NCBI GenBank assembly: GCA_964016885.1
Contig: OZ024752.1
Span: 7,998,001-8,062,000 of the forward strand
Direction: 5' to 3'
DNA length: 64,000 nucleotides
Source of the DNA: Eledone cirrhosa
Taxonomy: Eukaryota
In this document: positions 38,113-51,980 of the stretch, in pieces
How the letters are laid out: each line of letters starts with the position of its first letter
Position numbering within the stretch: position 1 is the stretch's first letter
Position numbers and translations under genes: made by a program
The notes under the pieces: generated by a model
What the model saw: only the letters and a program-made list of their open reading frames with translations
Databases searched by the model: none
Told to the model about the DNA's origin: nothing

Positions 38113-38544
38113 TCTTATATATAATAGTTGGTGAACTGCGAGACTGTGTCCAGTTTATTTTACATCACATTATTAAAATAAGTTTGATTACTTTGAGTGA
38201 ATCATGAATGAATATTATGTAATTTCTACTCTTCATTAAACAAATAATCTTATATATAAAATTTATTACTTATTTCAAGATTCACTTCTGTTAAAACTTT
38301 CAAATGTCAACTTCCGTTAGTATTCATATCATAACATTTCCTTATATTTTAGTTATATCATAACACACATCACTTTTCCATCATCATTATCGTCTTTTTA
38401 AAATGTATCCTGAATTACTTTACTGGTTTCAGAAGAAATTGTAACAGTCTTTGTACAATTGACGTATCATATCTACATGCATATATATTTGTGTATATCA
38501 ATATACACTAGCAGAAAACCGTGCGGAGAGTGGTTTTCTGCTAG
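38113..38544 (+). mobile_element. Non-autonomous Helitron, copy 1
   Basis: A|TC 5' end, 3' hairpin CTAGCAGAAAACC..GGTTTTCTGCTAG, CTAG|T end; colinear diverged copy at 61056-61531. Confidence 0.8.
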
Positions 38545-39904
38545 TAACATATTACTTACCATAATAATTTATACATTACAAGAAAAAAGTGAAGTAGTAG
38601 TAGTAGTAGTAGTAGTAATGGTGGTACTACTGTTGGTGGTGGTAGTAGTAGTAGTAGTAATAATAATACAGGCATCAGAAGATGACAGAAATATTTCTTT
38701 GTATTATTGATGTGGTGGATCATAGATTGATTCCTAAATATTGATCTAATGTCCACGAAGAACTAGAGTTGACCAAATGTTTTGTTCAATATTAAGGGGT
38801 TGACATTTACACAAGTACGTCTGGTAAATCTTGGAGTAGTTTAGTAAATTAGATGTCTTCTGTGAGGAAGACATTAATTGCTAGAAAGTTAGATAATTCC
38901 TGATATGAGATGTGACATAGATGTAAAACTGACTTGACAAGTTCCACTATGAATATGAAGAGAAAACAAAAGTTTTCCATCTAATAATTGAAGTTTATGA
39001 AATGCATGCAATGAACATAGTTTTGTGATACTGAGTTATCTAACCTTGCAGTAAAAAATTAAAAAATTGAAATAAAATGAAAATTGAGACTAGTTTTATA
39101 TATATATATTATATATAAAATATATATACATATATTATATACATATATATATTAATATATACATTATATATATAAATATATATACTAATATATACATTAT
39201 ATATATAAATATATATACATACACACATCTAAACAGTTTGGAATGATGGGAGATCACAAATTGAGATGCAAGAAGTTGCTAATAAAGCAGTTTATTTTAT
39301 ATATACAAAAGATATTCAACAAAAACAATAACATCAGTAGAAAAAGTTGATTGGATCTCATTTATTGTTTATCAATCTTGTCAAATGATTTATTATATAT
39401 TGTCTCACGTGCTATAACTTTCTTATCTGCACCATCTACAGATTTGACAAGGAATTTTAGTTTACCTCATTCAGGAGTTTGTTTTGTTTTTTTTTTATTA
39501 ATTTTTTCAGTTCATATTAACACAACCCATCACTGGTAAGATAAAAACACCTGGAGTTTAGTCACCAACATTACCTGGGAGTTTTCTAGTCAGTTTTATT
39601 TATCAATGTCTTTTTTAAAGCAGTGTATTTTTTGGAGAGAAGCTCAATGATGAAATAATGTAGAATTTCTTTTTGCCAATTAAATAATAGTGAAGAGAAT
39701 GGGGTGATAATGATAATGGCAATGATGATGATTGTGGTGGTGAGAATGGTTCCCACATTGGTACAAAGCCACACGGGAGAGAGACAATCAATTGAACTGA
39801 CCCCAGTTTATAACTGGTACTATATTTATCAGTGATGAAGGTAAAGGTAAAGTATATATCTTGGCCAAGACCTGACTCAGTAATCTCCATCTACCATTAC
39901 TATA

Positions 39905-40345
39905 ATAATAATAATAATTGTTTCTACTTTAGGCACAAGGCCAACAATTTGCAGGGGAGGGGAAAGTCGATTAAATCGACCCCAGTGCATTACTGGTACT
40001 TTATTTTATCAATCCCAGTGCATCACTGGTACTCTATTTTATCAACCCCCAGAAGGATTCAAAGCAAAGTTGACCACAGCGGGATTTGAACTCAGAAAGT
40101 AAAAAGCGAGAAGAAATGCTGCAAAGCATTTTGTCTGGTGCTCTACCGATTCTGTCAATCTCACTAAATGGTAGTAATAATGTTTCTACTTTTGGCACAA
40201 TGCCAGCAATTACTCCAGTGCATTACTGGTACTTTATTTTATCGACCCTGTAAGGATGAAAGGCAAAGCGAACCTCGGCTGGATTTGAACTCACAACGTA
40301 AAGGGCCGTAACTCTATGCAGCAAAGCATGGCGTCTGACGCTTTG
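39905..40345 (-). mobile_element. Two adjacent SINE family A copies
   Basis: Reverse B-box (GATTTGAACTC), core and GTTTCTACTTT.GGCACAA tail occur twice. Confidence 0.82.
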
Positions 40346-40441
40346 TTTTCTATCAAACAAAAAGAATCATTATCCAACAGAGTGCACCTTGGGTAATTTC
40401 TGTGGAAGTTTATATAAAGACTTTTCTAAAGAAAACATTGG

Positions 40442-40754
40442 AAGTAGAACTTGACTGAGTAGAACTACACCGAGTAGAACCAGACTGAGTAGAACCACAC
40501 TGAGTAGAACCACACTGAGTAGAACTACACCGAGTAGAGTCACACTGAGTAGAACTACACCGAGTAGAACCAGACTGAGTAGAACCACACTGAGTAGAAC
40601 TACACCGAGTAGAACTACACCGAGTAGAGTCACACTGAGTAGAACTACACCGAGTAGAACCAGACTGAGTAGAGTCACACTGAATAGAACCAGATTGAGT
40701 AGAACTACACCGAGTAGAACCTGACTGAGTAGAACTACACTGAGTAGAGTCACA
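40442..40754. repeat. Minisatellite, 15-bp unit GAGTAGAAC(T/C)ACAC(C/T), about 21 copies
   Basis: Direct. Confidence 0.95.
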
Positions 40755-40854
40755 GAGTTTGTGGGCTTTTGGTGGAACTTTTACACCAAAATAGAAAATG
40801 AGTAAAAAAAAAGTTTTTCAAGTATTAAAAATGGTGGCTGTTTGTATGAATGAA

Positions 40855-41152
40855 TGGTGAGGGAGGGGGGGGGGGGAAAGAGCTGGTCAGTTGAAACAAA
40901 TAATACATCAATGAGTGATGGGGGGGGGGGGGGGGGGAGGAGAGCTGGTGAGTGGTCAGTTGAAACAAATAATACATCAATGAATGGTTGGTGGGGGGCT
41001 GGCCAGTTGTAACATATCAATGAGTGATCAGAGGGGAGGGAGGAGAGCTGGTTAGTGGTCAGTTGAAACAAATTACATATATCAATGAATGGTGGTGGTG
41101 GTGGTGGTGTGTGTGTGTGTGGGGGGGGGGGAGCTGGTCAGTAGAAACAAAT
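40855..41152. repeat. Degenerate tandem repeat with poly-G runs (GAGCTGGTCAGTTGAAACAAATAATACATCAATGA), 4-5 copies
   Basis: Direct. Confidence 0.8.
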
Positions 41153-41723
41153 AATAAAATAATAATATACAAAATATGTTTTTTCTGTTAACAGAAATAA
41201 AAGGAATGGTATTTCTTCTGGGAAACAACGGATTGCAGTGGATCTATCCATAGGAGAGATCCAACATCTTTCAATCACAACTGTAGATCTATCATTGATC
41301 ACTGTAGATCTATCAATCATCATAGGAGAAATCCATATCCCTAACACAGACTCCCCCCTCCATCTTCACACAAGGGGGGTGGGGTAGGATTACCATGACC
41401 TCAACATCGTTCACAATTAATGGCAAGGAGAGTCAGAGGTGAACATTGGTCTTTCCTCACTTTACATATACCCACACACCTATATATATATAATGTATAT
41501 ATATAATGTGTATATATATATATATATACAATTGGTTTACTTATCTCTATAAAAAAATTCTTGTGTGTGTGTAAACCAATTATTTATGCTAAACTACAAC
41601 TTTCTAAATTAGATGTGTGTGTGTGTGTGGGGGAGGGATAACAAAAGTAAACAATCTGATTGGGAAGGACTGGAGTGGTTAACTTTAGTCAAACATTCTT
41701 ATGTAAGAAGGAGGCTAGGTGAT

Positions 41724-42308
41724 ACATCACCGCTAGATCTATCAGACATCACCGCTAGACCTGTCAAACATCACCGCTAGATCTATCAAACATCACTGGT
41801 AGATCTGTCAAGCATCAGCGCTAGATCTATCAGACATCAGCGCTAGATCTATCAGACATCACTGCTAGATCTGTCAAACATCACTGCTAGATCAAACATC
41901 ACTGGTAGATCCGTCAAACATCAGCGCTAGATCTATCAGACATCACTGCTAGATCTGTCAGACATCAGCTCTAGATCTATCAAACATCACTGCTAGATCT
42001 ATCAAACATCACTGGTAGATCTATCAAACATCACTGGTAGATCTATCAAACATCACTGCTAGATCTGTCAGACATCACTCCTAGATCTATCAGACATCAC
42101 TCCTAGATCTATCAAACATCACTGCTAGATCTATCAGACATCACTGTTAGATCTATCAAACATCACTGCTAGATCTATCAGACATCACTGCTAGATCTAT
42201 CAGACATCACCGCTAGATCTATCAAACATCACTGCTAGATCTATCAGACATCACTGCTAGATCTATCAAACATCACTGCTAGATCTATCAGGCATCACCG
42301 CTAGATCA
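41724..42308. repeat. Minisatellite, 22-bp unit CATCACTGCTAGATCTATCA(A/G)A, about 26 copies
   Basis: Direct; TAGATCTA palindrome in each unit. Confidence 0.96.
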
Positions 42309-42429
42309 ACTTTCTGCAAGTAACAAAATACCTCACTGCTACATGGCATTATGTAGTATCAGACTCCTACATGGTATGTTTGATACACTCCACATGTATG
42401 GTACTAATGAATAACAACTAAATTGGCCC

Positions 42430-43485
42430 CCTTTCAGTCATGGCTGACTATATGTTTGTACCTGGGTAAGGTGGTTTTGTGGAAGACCAGCAGTGAACCA
42501 TGTATACCAGCCCCCCCCCCCCACCACCAATGTTGTCCAAGGGAAATGTAATGGCACCAGTGACGTCACAACTCCAGTTGAGTGGACAGGAGCCACATGA
42601 ATGGGTTGTGATGAAGGACACTACATGGTGTGGTGTAGGTATTGTTGAGTGGGCAGGAGCTACATGAATGGGTTGTGATGAAGGACACTACATGGTGTGG
42701 TGTAGGTATTGTTGAGTGGACAGGAGCTACATGAATGGGTTGTGATGAAGGACACTACATGGTGGTGTAGGTATTGTTGAGTGGACAGGAGCTACATGAA
42801 TGGGTTGTGATGAAGGACACTACATGGTGTGGTGTAGGTATTGTTGAGTGGACAGGAGCCACATGAATGGGTTGTGATGAAGGACACTACATGGTGTGGT
42901 GTAGGTATTGTTGAGTGGACAGGAGCTACATGAATGGGTTGTGATGAAGGACACTACATGGTGGTGTAGGTATTGTTGAGTGGACAGGAGCTACATGAAT
43001 GGGTTGTGATGAAGGACACTACATGGTGTGGTGTAGGTATTGTTGAGTGGGCAGGAGCTACATGAATGGGTTGTGATGAAGGACACTACATGGTGGTGTA
43101 GGTATTGTTGAGTGGACAGGAGCTACATGAATAGGTTGTGATGAAGGACACTACATGGTGTGGTGTAGGTATTGTTGAGTGGGCAGGAGCTACATGAATG
43201 GGTTGTGATGAAGGACACTACATGGTGTGGTGTAGGTATTGTTGAGTGGGCAGGAGCTACATGAATGGGTTGTGATGAAGGACACTACATGGTGTGGTGT
43301 AGGTATTGTTGAGTGGGCAGGAGCTACATGAATGGGTTGTGATGAAGGACACTACATGGTGTGGTGTAGGTATTGTTGAGTGGACAGGAGCTACATGAAT
43401 AGGTCATGATGAAGGACACTACACTGATGTAGATATCAAACTCATGTCTTTACAACTGTGAATTCAACACCCTAACCACTAAGTC
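42430..43485 (-). mobile_element. Old tRNA-SINE with an internal 67-bp segment amplified about 13 times (42577-43423)
   Basis: SINE body (GGAAGACCAGCAG..CATGTATACCAG) on the left, reverse head (CCCTAACCACTAAG) on the right; the unit aligns to the SINE core. Confidence 0.8.
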
Positions 43486-44329
43486 TTCAACAACTACAGC
43501 CATAAATAAACATATACTTAATCATCATCATCATCATCGTTTAACGTCTATCTTCGACGCTAGCATGGGTTAGACGAGAATTGTCCCACTTGAGGCAAGA
43601 TTGATCGGGTGACCGTGTCTCACTCGTATAGGACTTAGAGTGAATGGAGCAGAAGCCGTTTGATGTAGACATCTGGAATAGAAGTTTAAACCTTTCTGTT
43701 TAGGTCTTTGGCGGCAATAGAGACAAACATTCCACAACAGTTGAAGCAAGTTAAAATAAGAAAACAGGGTTACAATATGGAAGCACATTTTGGCCCTGGA
43801 CTTGTTGGGAAGCATATGATCCAAATACTGGTCTCCCAGCAGTGAACATTAATTTGTCTTTTATAGAAACACAACAGACAATATTCATATGCAATGATCT
43901 TATGAATGGGCTGGCCCAAAACTATTTCAAATGTGTTATATAAAAGAACTCTAAATTGATGTGCATGTGAAAAATAAAATCCAATTTTAAACAAGTAAAT
44001 ATAAGTAAAAATTAAAATAAATAAACCTTGAAGGATTAAAAATGTTTTAAAATTTAAAACAATTTTGCACTTAGTGCAAATACGTAGTTTCCTTAGCAGT
44101 CTAAGGATTTTTAATGACTTTTCTATGAATATAGATCTTGATCATTCCAAAATGTACACTTCAGAACTTAAAGAATTTTAACTCCACTCAGTGTATATAA
44201 AAATGAGGAATAATTCCTATGGAGAAGTCTAAATGGAATTATAGGATTTTTGATGAATTACGGTGGGAAGGTGAGGCAAGAGTGTTGAAATTTAATTGTA
44301 TAAAACTACATTTTTACCTACATACACAG

Positions 44330-44600
44330 TATCACATGTAGTGTCACATACATTACCTGTCACATCTAGTGTTACATTACCTGTCACGTATATGTAGTCT
44401 CACACACACTATTTGTCACATCTAGTGCCACACCCTATCTGTCACATCTAGTGCCACACCCTATCTGTCACATCTAGTGCCACACCCTGTCACATCTAGT
44501 CACACCCACACCCTATCAGTCACTTCTAGTCACACCCACACCCTATCAGTCACACCCACACACCCTATCTGTCACATGTAGTCACACATTATCTGTCACA
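44330..44600. repeat. Degenerate minisatellite of about 26 bp (CTGTCACATCTAGTGCCACACCCTAT)
   Basis: Direct. Confidence 0.8.
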
Positions 44601-45291
44601 GTTGTATATAGAAATAGGAATTAAGACTGGAAACAAAATAAAAAACAAGAGATACAAATCAATACATCGTTAATGCCAGTCATTGATCTCTAAAATCACA
44701 TTAACTCTAAAAATTCAGAATTATTATTATTATTATATATTTTGTTTCACTTATTTATGGTGGTGGTGGTGGTGGTGGATCAATGAAGGAGTGATTTATG
44801 AATGAGATGTGAAAACTATTAGCCTTAAGGGTGTAAGCACATGACAATGGTGGTGTCAGGCCAGGTGAAATTAGATGTCTTCTCCAGTATTAAATGTCCT
44901 CTATTTACAACAATCAATAGTTTGGGATTTATCTTTTTTATTTTTGTTTGGTTTGCTTTCTTTCTTTACACATAGACTTTTTTAAAATTTGGTGTGTGTG
45001 TTGGTAAAGAACATCTCTTGTTCAGCCTTATGACACTGCAAGAGACACAGCTGTTTAGTGACTGTTCCAAAATGGAAACATGCATGCATACTTACACACA
45101 CAATAGCAGACATCCGGTGCCAAATTGGACCAGATTACGCTGCTGTATTCTGTATTTCCATATAAAACATCAGTAGGAAAGAAGACAAACTGCTAAAACA
45201 GAGTTCTGTGATATTTCCTACAATTTTTTTAAAATTCTTACGTTACCAACATCAGCAACAGCCAACCCCCACCCAAATCAAATTATATCTT

Positions 45292-47687
45292 TTAATCTAT
45301 ACAGATGACCTCTTCTAGAATCTGTATGTCATCATCCTCATCTATATCGTTAGCTCGAGGGCTTTGTTCAACCCTCTGAATTCGGATTTTGTTACTATTG
45401 TAAGCACTGTGCCAATTTTTAGTCCTTTGTTGATTGAAGAGTTTGTTATGAGAGACATTTGTTGTCTCAGGCTGGCTCCCTACCAGGTCATTGGCATAGT
45501 GTTTAGGGTTGTGAGACTGATCAACACGATTGATAACCTTCAGTGGACTGCTTGTGCATATGTCAGGACTGCCTGAATGAAACTGCTTCAGTAACTGCTT
45601 CTCATGGTGACCAACAGATTTAATTATTGGAGCATACACATGCTTTGGACTCACCTGCTGATCACATGCACTGGATAGATAGTTGTTGCTATCAGAATAG
45701 TTTAAGTTCTGATTCTGTTTGTTGTAGTTTACAATGACACGCATCGGTGAATTCTCAACAGCGTTAATGTTTGTGTTGTTAATGTTCTGGTCACCAATAC
45801 GTGAGTTACTGTGATCAAGGACTTGGAGATGAGGAGGAATGGACTGCATATGAGAGGGAGGGTACCTGAAATAGGCATCAGGTGGGCACTGGCAAGGGCC
45901 ACACCTACATATTGTACAACGAGTAATCCATGTCTGTTCGTCATCTTCAGAATCTGAAGATATGGTGTGGATTGAGACATTGTCATCCCCTGCTTCGTTC
46001 ACATTTGGGGTGTTTGCTTGGGATTTAATAACCAGCTTCAATGGCTCTTGAGAGTTGGGTACAACACTGTGGGATGATGGCAATCCATGATTAGCTGCAA
46101 GTTCTAGATTTGTTTGCTCCTGTGCAACGTTTGAGGAAGAGTCTCCACTAACTGGGATCATCATTAACGATGACGACGATGGACAGTTTTGTGTTTCTGG
46201 AGGAATACATTTCATAAGAAACTGTGTGGTGACAGGGCTGTTGGAAAGGTTTATGTAAGGTTGAGAAGTGAGGGGTTCACTATTTAATGGTTTGATAGGT
46301 TTGTAAGGGTTCCTAAAGTGTGGAGAGGGTTGGTCTAATTTAGGAGGTGCATGGTGATTAGTTAAGAATCTAGACAATTCTGCAGAATGTCTCATTGGGA
46401 ATGAGTGAGAGTCAGATAAGGGATGTTTTACTGATGGAACAAACTGGTGAACCCCAGGAAGAGATTTGGGTTTCGAGGTAGAATCGGTAGAGTACACACT
46501 CTTATACACTGTCATCGGATGAGGCAATTTTCGTACTTTTTTATGTACAGGACTACCAATTTTGTAATAATGATAACCTATTCGACGAACTGGTGTAGAT
46601 TGTCTATTAGGTGTGAAAGATTTAGAAAATTTTTGAGGAGACCAAGGATATATGCTCGTGATATTCTGAGAGTCCTTCAAGTACTCTCGTTTAGAAGTCC
46701 ATAAAAGAATTTGATCATGTGTCAAAGGCTGGATATTTACACGAGCATCCCTTTTAGGGGATGTCCATCGCTTGATCTCCTCGTCATCTAATCGGCGAAG
46801 ACGCACACTACACGACTTCAAACTGCGTTTAAGGATGCGACTTTGTTTATTCAGTCCTGTTTGAACAAGTTTCATAAACTCTTTCCGTTGAGCTTTAGTA
46901 AATTTGTATTCATGACTATATTTTGTGTTTATTTTTTTAGAGTTTCTAAAAGTAATTGGATAAGTAATTGGTCTGCTACGTAGTCTCTCTAAAGCATCGT
47001 TTTTTTCTGGTGTCTTACAATACTGTTCAATATCAGGCAGAGCTTGTAATGTGGTTTCTGCCTTCACATGTTTCTGAATCCGTAAGCCAAGTAACGATGA
47101 AATATCGATACAGAGCAATGAATTGGTTTTGGAACTCTTCTTGAATGTATCAATCTCCTCCACTCCATTTCCAGTCGTACTATAGCCACTGTCACCATCA
47201 CTCTCTTCTGTATTTGCTGGACACAAACGTTTCCGATGAAGTCCAGGCTCTCCTTCTCGACTTAGCTGGGAGATCAGGGACTTAGGAGTGCGTGGAGATG
47301 TTTGCTGAACAGAGTCCCGAGGTTCAACATCGATTATTTGGCAGTCAACATCTGTATTTTGACCCAGTTTTAATTTGTCGGATTTAATTTTCTCAGCTTT
47401 GTGAGTTTGGACCAACTGAAAATATTTTAAGAAACCTTCTTTTGTGGATTTCTGGGATTCATCGTCATTCAACAAACTTCTAACTGACCGTATAGGTTGT
47501 GCTGCATGGGATAGCAGCTTTTTTGAGGAACGTAAGGGAGCTGGTGGCGGTGGAGGAGGAGTTCGCATACCAGGCTGATTATCTGGACGGTGACTGCAGG
47601 CATTTTGGTGAATGCGCATTGCATCTTTATTGGTGAATTCTCTCTCACAGTGATAACAAATGTATATCTCCATGAAACCTGTACAGC
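45292..47687 (-). CDS. Terminal coding exon of an uncharacterised nuclear protein with a C2HC zinc finger
   Basis: 793-codon non-repetitive ORF; polypyrimidine tract and CAG acceptor at 47688-47690; YICYHCEREFTNKDAMRIHQNAC finger; phase matches the upstream exon. Confidence 0.92.
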
Positions 47688-47774
47688 CTGAAAAAAAAAA
47701 AACAAAAAAAAAAACACAGCTTTAAACTGACAAGAAAACACAAACAAAACATGGAAAATTCAATGCAATTCAAT

Positions 47775-49210
47775 ACATCATCGTTTTATGTTCATTCTCC
47801 TGGCATGGATTGGATGGGTTAACACAGTCCAAGACTTGTTGGTTTGAAGGAACATATCTTGCATACATTCTACTTTTGGCAGGATTTCTACAGCTAGATG
47901 GCCTTCCTAATGCCAACCACTTTACAGAGTACACAAAGTATTTCATCATGGCACTAGTAGTACTAATTTATAGAGTGTACTGAGTGCATTTCATCATGGC
48001 ACTAGTAGTACTAATTTATAGAGTATACTGGGTGCATTTCATCATGGCACTAGTAGTACTAATTTATAGAGTGTACTGGGTGCATTTCATCATGGCACTA
48101 GTAGTACTAATTTATAGAGTGTACTGGGTGCATTTCATCATGGCACTAGTAGTACTAATTTATAGAGTGTACTGGGTGCATTTCATCATGGCACTAGTAG
48201 TACTAATTTATAGAGTGTACTGGGTGCATTTCATCATGGCACTAGTAGTACTAATTTATAGAGTGTACTGAGTGCATTTCATCATGACACAAGGAGTACT
48301 AATTTATAGAGTGTACTGGGTGTATTTCATCATGACACTAGTAGTACTAATTTACAGAGTGTACTGAGTGCATTTCATCATGACACAAGGAGTACTAATT
48401 TATAGAGTGTACTGGGTGTATTTCATCATGACACTAGTAGTACTAATTTACAGAGTGTACTGAGTGCATTTCATCATGACACTAGTAGTACTAATTTATA
48501 GAGTGTACTGGGTGCATTTCATCATGGCACTAGTAGTACTAATTTATAGAGTGTACTGGGTGCATTTCATCATGGCACTAGTAGTACTAATTTATAGAGT
48601 GTACTGGGTGCATTTCATCATGACACAAGGAGTACTAATTTACAGAGTGTACTGGGTGCATTTCATCATGGCACTAGTAGTACTAATTTATAGAGTGTAC
48701 TGGGTGTGTTTCATCATGACACTAGTAGTACTAATTTATAGAGTGTACTGGGTGTATTTCATCATGACACTAGTAGTACTAATTTATAGAGTGTACTGGG
48801 TGCATTTCATCATGACACAAGGAGTACTAATTTACAGAGTGTACTGGGTGCATTTCATCATGGCACTAGTAGTACTAATTTATAGAGTGTACTGGGTGCA
48901 TTTCATCATGACACAAGGAGTACTAATTTACAGAGTATACTGGGTGTATTTCATCATGACACTAGTAGTACTAATTTACAGAGTGTACTGGGTGCATTTC
49001 ATCATGGCACTAGTAGTACTAATTTATAGAGTGTACTGGGTGCATTTCATCATGACACAAGGAGTACTAATTTACAGAGTGTACTGGGTGCATTTCATCA
49101 TGGCACTAGTAGTACTAATTTATAGAGTGTACTGGGTGCATTTCATCATGACACAAGGAGTACTAATTTACAGAGTATACTGGGTGTATTTTATTGTGGC
49201 ACCAACCACA
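47775..49210 (-). mobile_element. SINE/RTE-tail relic with an internal 48-bp segment amplified about 26 times (about 47925-49190)
   Basis: TTCTACAGCTAGATG.CCTTCCTAATGCCAACCACTTTACAGAGT on the left, TTTTATTGTGGCACC on the right; unit GTGCATTTCATCATGGCACTAGTAGTACTAATTTATAGAGTGTACTGG. Confidence 0.85.
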
Positions 49211-50090
49211 GTAATAAATTTGTATTTTTAAGTTTTCACATTACTGTGTGTATCCAGTAGGTACATGATATACCTGTTTGGTGGTGTAAGAAGTGACTAA
49301 AAGGGTTGGCCCCGGGAAAGGCATCTGACTGTTAAATAAAGCCTCAAACAGGATCCTATGATGGGGCCCACGAGGCTAACCTCATTCTTTAGTATGGGAA
49401 AAAGCCTTAAAACATCTGTTGTTTAAAATGTTCTGAAGTTGACATTATTTCAAGATAGGTCCTACAAGTAACTTGACTGAAAGACAAGGTTTCAACCTGT
49501 CAGTTATATTGGAACTTATACTTCAACTAATGTGAGAAAACTAGACATTTCTTTACTGGTTATAGTCACATGACAGTGACTATAGTAACACTGACCTTCA
49601 GAGATTTAGTTGATCATATTAACCCCAGTATTTATTCTACAGATCCCTATTTATCAAACTGCTAAGTTATAGGACATAAAACATGTAATATATACAACAC
49701 CTTACATCTACCAGATGTGGTTAAAAAAGATGTAATATATACAGCACCAATATTCCTTACTTCCACCAGATGGATTCATTTTCCAAAAAATTCCATTTGG
49801 ATGATGTGAGAGTTATCTCCCTTAACTCTCGACTATATTTCAAACTTGTCAATTGCAATGCTAATCTCTACTGCAACTTGCTACACTGATGTAATACATC
49901 ACACACACATGGATACAATGTTAAGGAATTAGCTAGGTAACCAGGTGGTTTTAGGTTTTGCCACACTACGTAGCACCTTAAAAAATGCCTTGACAGTGGA
50001 ATTTGATAAATAGAACCTGGGTCAAAGCCCACTGCTTGTGTGTGTATACATAAACACACACACGCATTATATATATATATATATATATAT

Positions 50091-50397
50091 TGTGAGTTCA
50101 ATTCTCAGACCGGGTGATGTGTTGTTTCCTTGAGCAAGACACTTTATTTCACATTGCTCCAGTTTACTCAGCTGTAAAAATGAGATGATAGGGACTGGGG
50201 TCCATATCATTTCACTGCAAAGTGGTTGTGGAGGTGCCACGGCAAAAAAGCACCCAGCACTCACTGTAAATGAGGTTGGTGTTAGGAAGGGCATCCAGCT
50301 GTAGAAATCAAGCCAGAATCAGTTCCCGTCCCACCCTTGCAAGCAGGGAAACGTGGACATAAAATGAAACGATGAGGATGATGATGATGATGATGAT
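50091..50397 (+). mobile_element. SINE family B, 5'-truncated, in (TA)n
   Basis: B-box, core, AGGAAGGGCATCCAGCTGTAGAAA module and RTE-type tail with (GAT)n. Confidence 0.9.
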
Positions 50398-51446
50398 GTA
50401 TGTGTGTGTGTGTGTGTGTGTGCGTGTGTTTATATACATAAACACACACACATTATATATATAATGACCATAGGATTTGCACCTGGAAAGTTCGCTTCTG
50501 AGGCATAAGCCCGGACAAGGTGTTTTTATGGAGGACTAGCAGTTACCCATATATACCAGGTTCTACAGCTGTATGTACTGGAGCAACATGAAATAAAGTG
50601 TCTTACTCAAGAATACAACACAGCAGCTCCAACCACACGATTGTAAACCAACGCTCTAACCACTCAACCGCGTCTTCACTATTTTATATAAACACACACA
50701 CACATATATATATATACATATATACAAGCATGGAAAATAGATGTTAAACAGTGATTATGATGATATATATGTATGTGAGCGTTCATGTCCTTATTTATGC
50801 ACAGTAACTTAGCGGTTCAAGAAAAAGAGGACAGATAAATACCAGACTTGAAAAACAAAGGTACTCATCATCATCATCTTACGTCCGCTTTTCCCTGCTT
50901 GCAAGGGCGGGTCAGTCAGTCATATAATTGACTAAATTCCTTAAAGGTGATGCCCCAGCATGGTCGCAGTCCCATGACTGAAACCAGCAAAAGAATGTTT
51001 GGTTCACATTTAAGTCTAGCCAACTGAGGTGACTATTGCTTCACTGATGAGTTCTAAAAGAACAAAACATGTCTGTTGTTTGCACCAGTTGACTTTAAAA
51101 AACCATCTAAGTACATTGGCTTTATTTTGTGAGTGGAATTTGGTAGAGATTGCACAGACACCCTTTAAATATATGACAGGCTTCTGTATACATTGTCTAC
51201 TAAATTCCACTCAACAAAGTATTGGTTAATCTGAATCTACAGAAGACATTTGTCCAAGATGCCATGCAGTGTGATCAAAGCTAGAATGACATGGTTGCTA
51301 AGTGAACTACTTACCCACACAACCCTACTTGTGCCCAGATAAACTCAATTTGTATCGTGTGAAAGAGGGACATATATTGAGAGCCCAGCTAATGAAATGG
51401 TCTTGAAACACTTGAGAGATATTTCTTATGAAATACTTCCACTTAC

Positions 51447-51513
51447 CAGTTGAATCTTGATTATTGCAACTAGAGGCAGAATCCCAGGGATTTGGTACCT
51501 TGCCAATATCTTC
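51447..51513 (-). CDS. Internal 67-nt coding exon of the zinc-finger gene (EDIGKVPNPWDSASSCNNQDST-G)
   Basis: TTTCCAG acceptor, G|GTAAGT donor, open frame; its extra G joins GC at 47687 to give Gly in frame. Confidence 0.85.
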
Positions 51514-51774
51514 CTGGAAACAAAAATTAATTCAATTAAAAAAAAAAAAAAAATAACCCCAAACAACAAAGATTGGTGAAATAATATATAATGTAGAAAG
51601 TGATATATGTAATAAGGTTAAACAATGTAAAATAGATGGCAGGATGATGGCAAGAGTTAGTTACCTGGTAATCTTGGTTGTTTAGAGAAGCACTAATAAA
51701 TATAACACATGATAGAGCCTTGAAAATATACTTGGAACAGAATATTTGCCTTGATAGGTATATATATATATATT

Positions 51775-51968
51775 AGAAAAGACCCCGACGGCTGAGCTCC
51801 GGCTGTTTCGACATCTAGATCAGAACTGTTCGGATCTAGCTGTCCAACTGGCCGGAACTCAGCTGTCGGGAACCTGACTCTTTTCCTATTACCCACTCTA
51901 CTATTTTAAGTATCGAGTACTCTGGTGCGTCATGGCCCACCTGGTTTCTTACCACACTTTCTGTGCTA
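51775..51968 (-). mobile_element. Second copy of the (TA)n-embedded short element, carrying an 88-nt hairpin
   Basis: Homology to 28796-28938; (TA)n on both sides. Confidence 0.6.
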
Positions 51969-51980
51969 TATATATATATC

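Noticed and set aside
40370-40753. Leu/Val-rich 127-aa ORF
   Set aside because: Translation of a 15-bp minisatellite
47984-49231. Hydrophobic 16-aa-repeat ORFs resembling a membrane protein
   Set aside because: Product of a 48-bp SINE-derived VNTR, antisense within an intron
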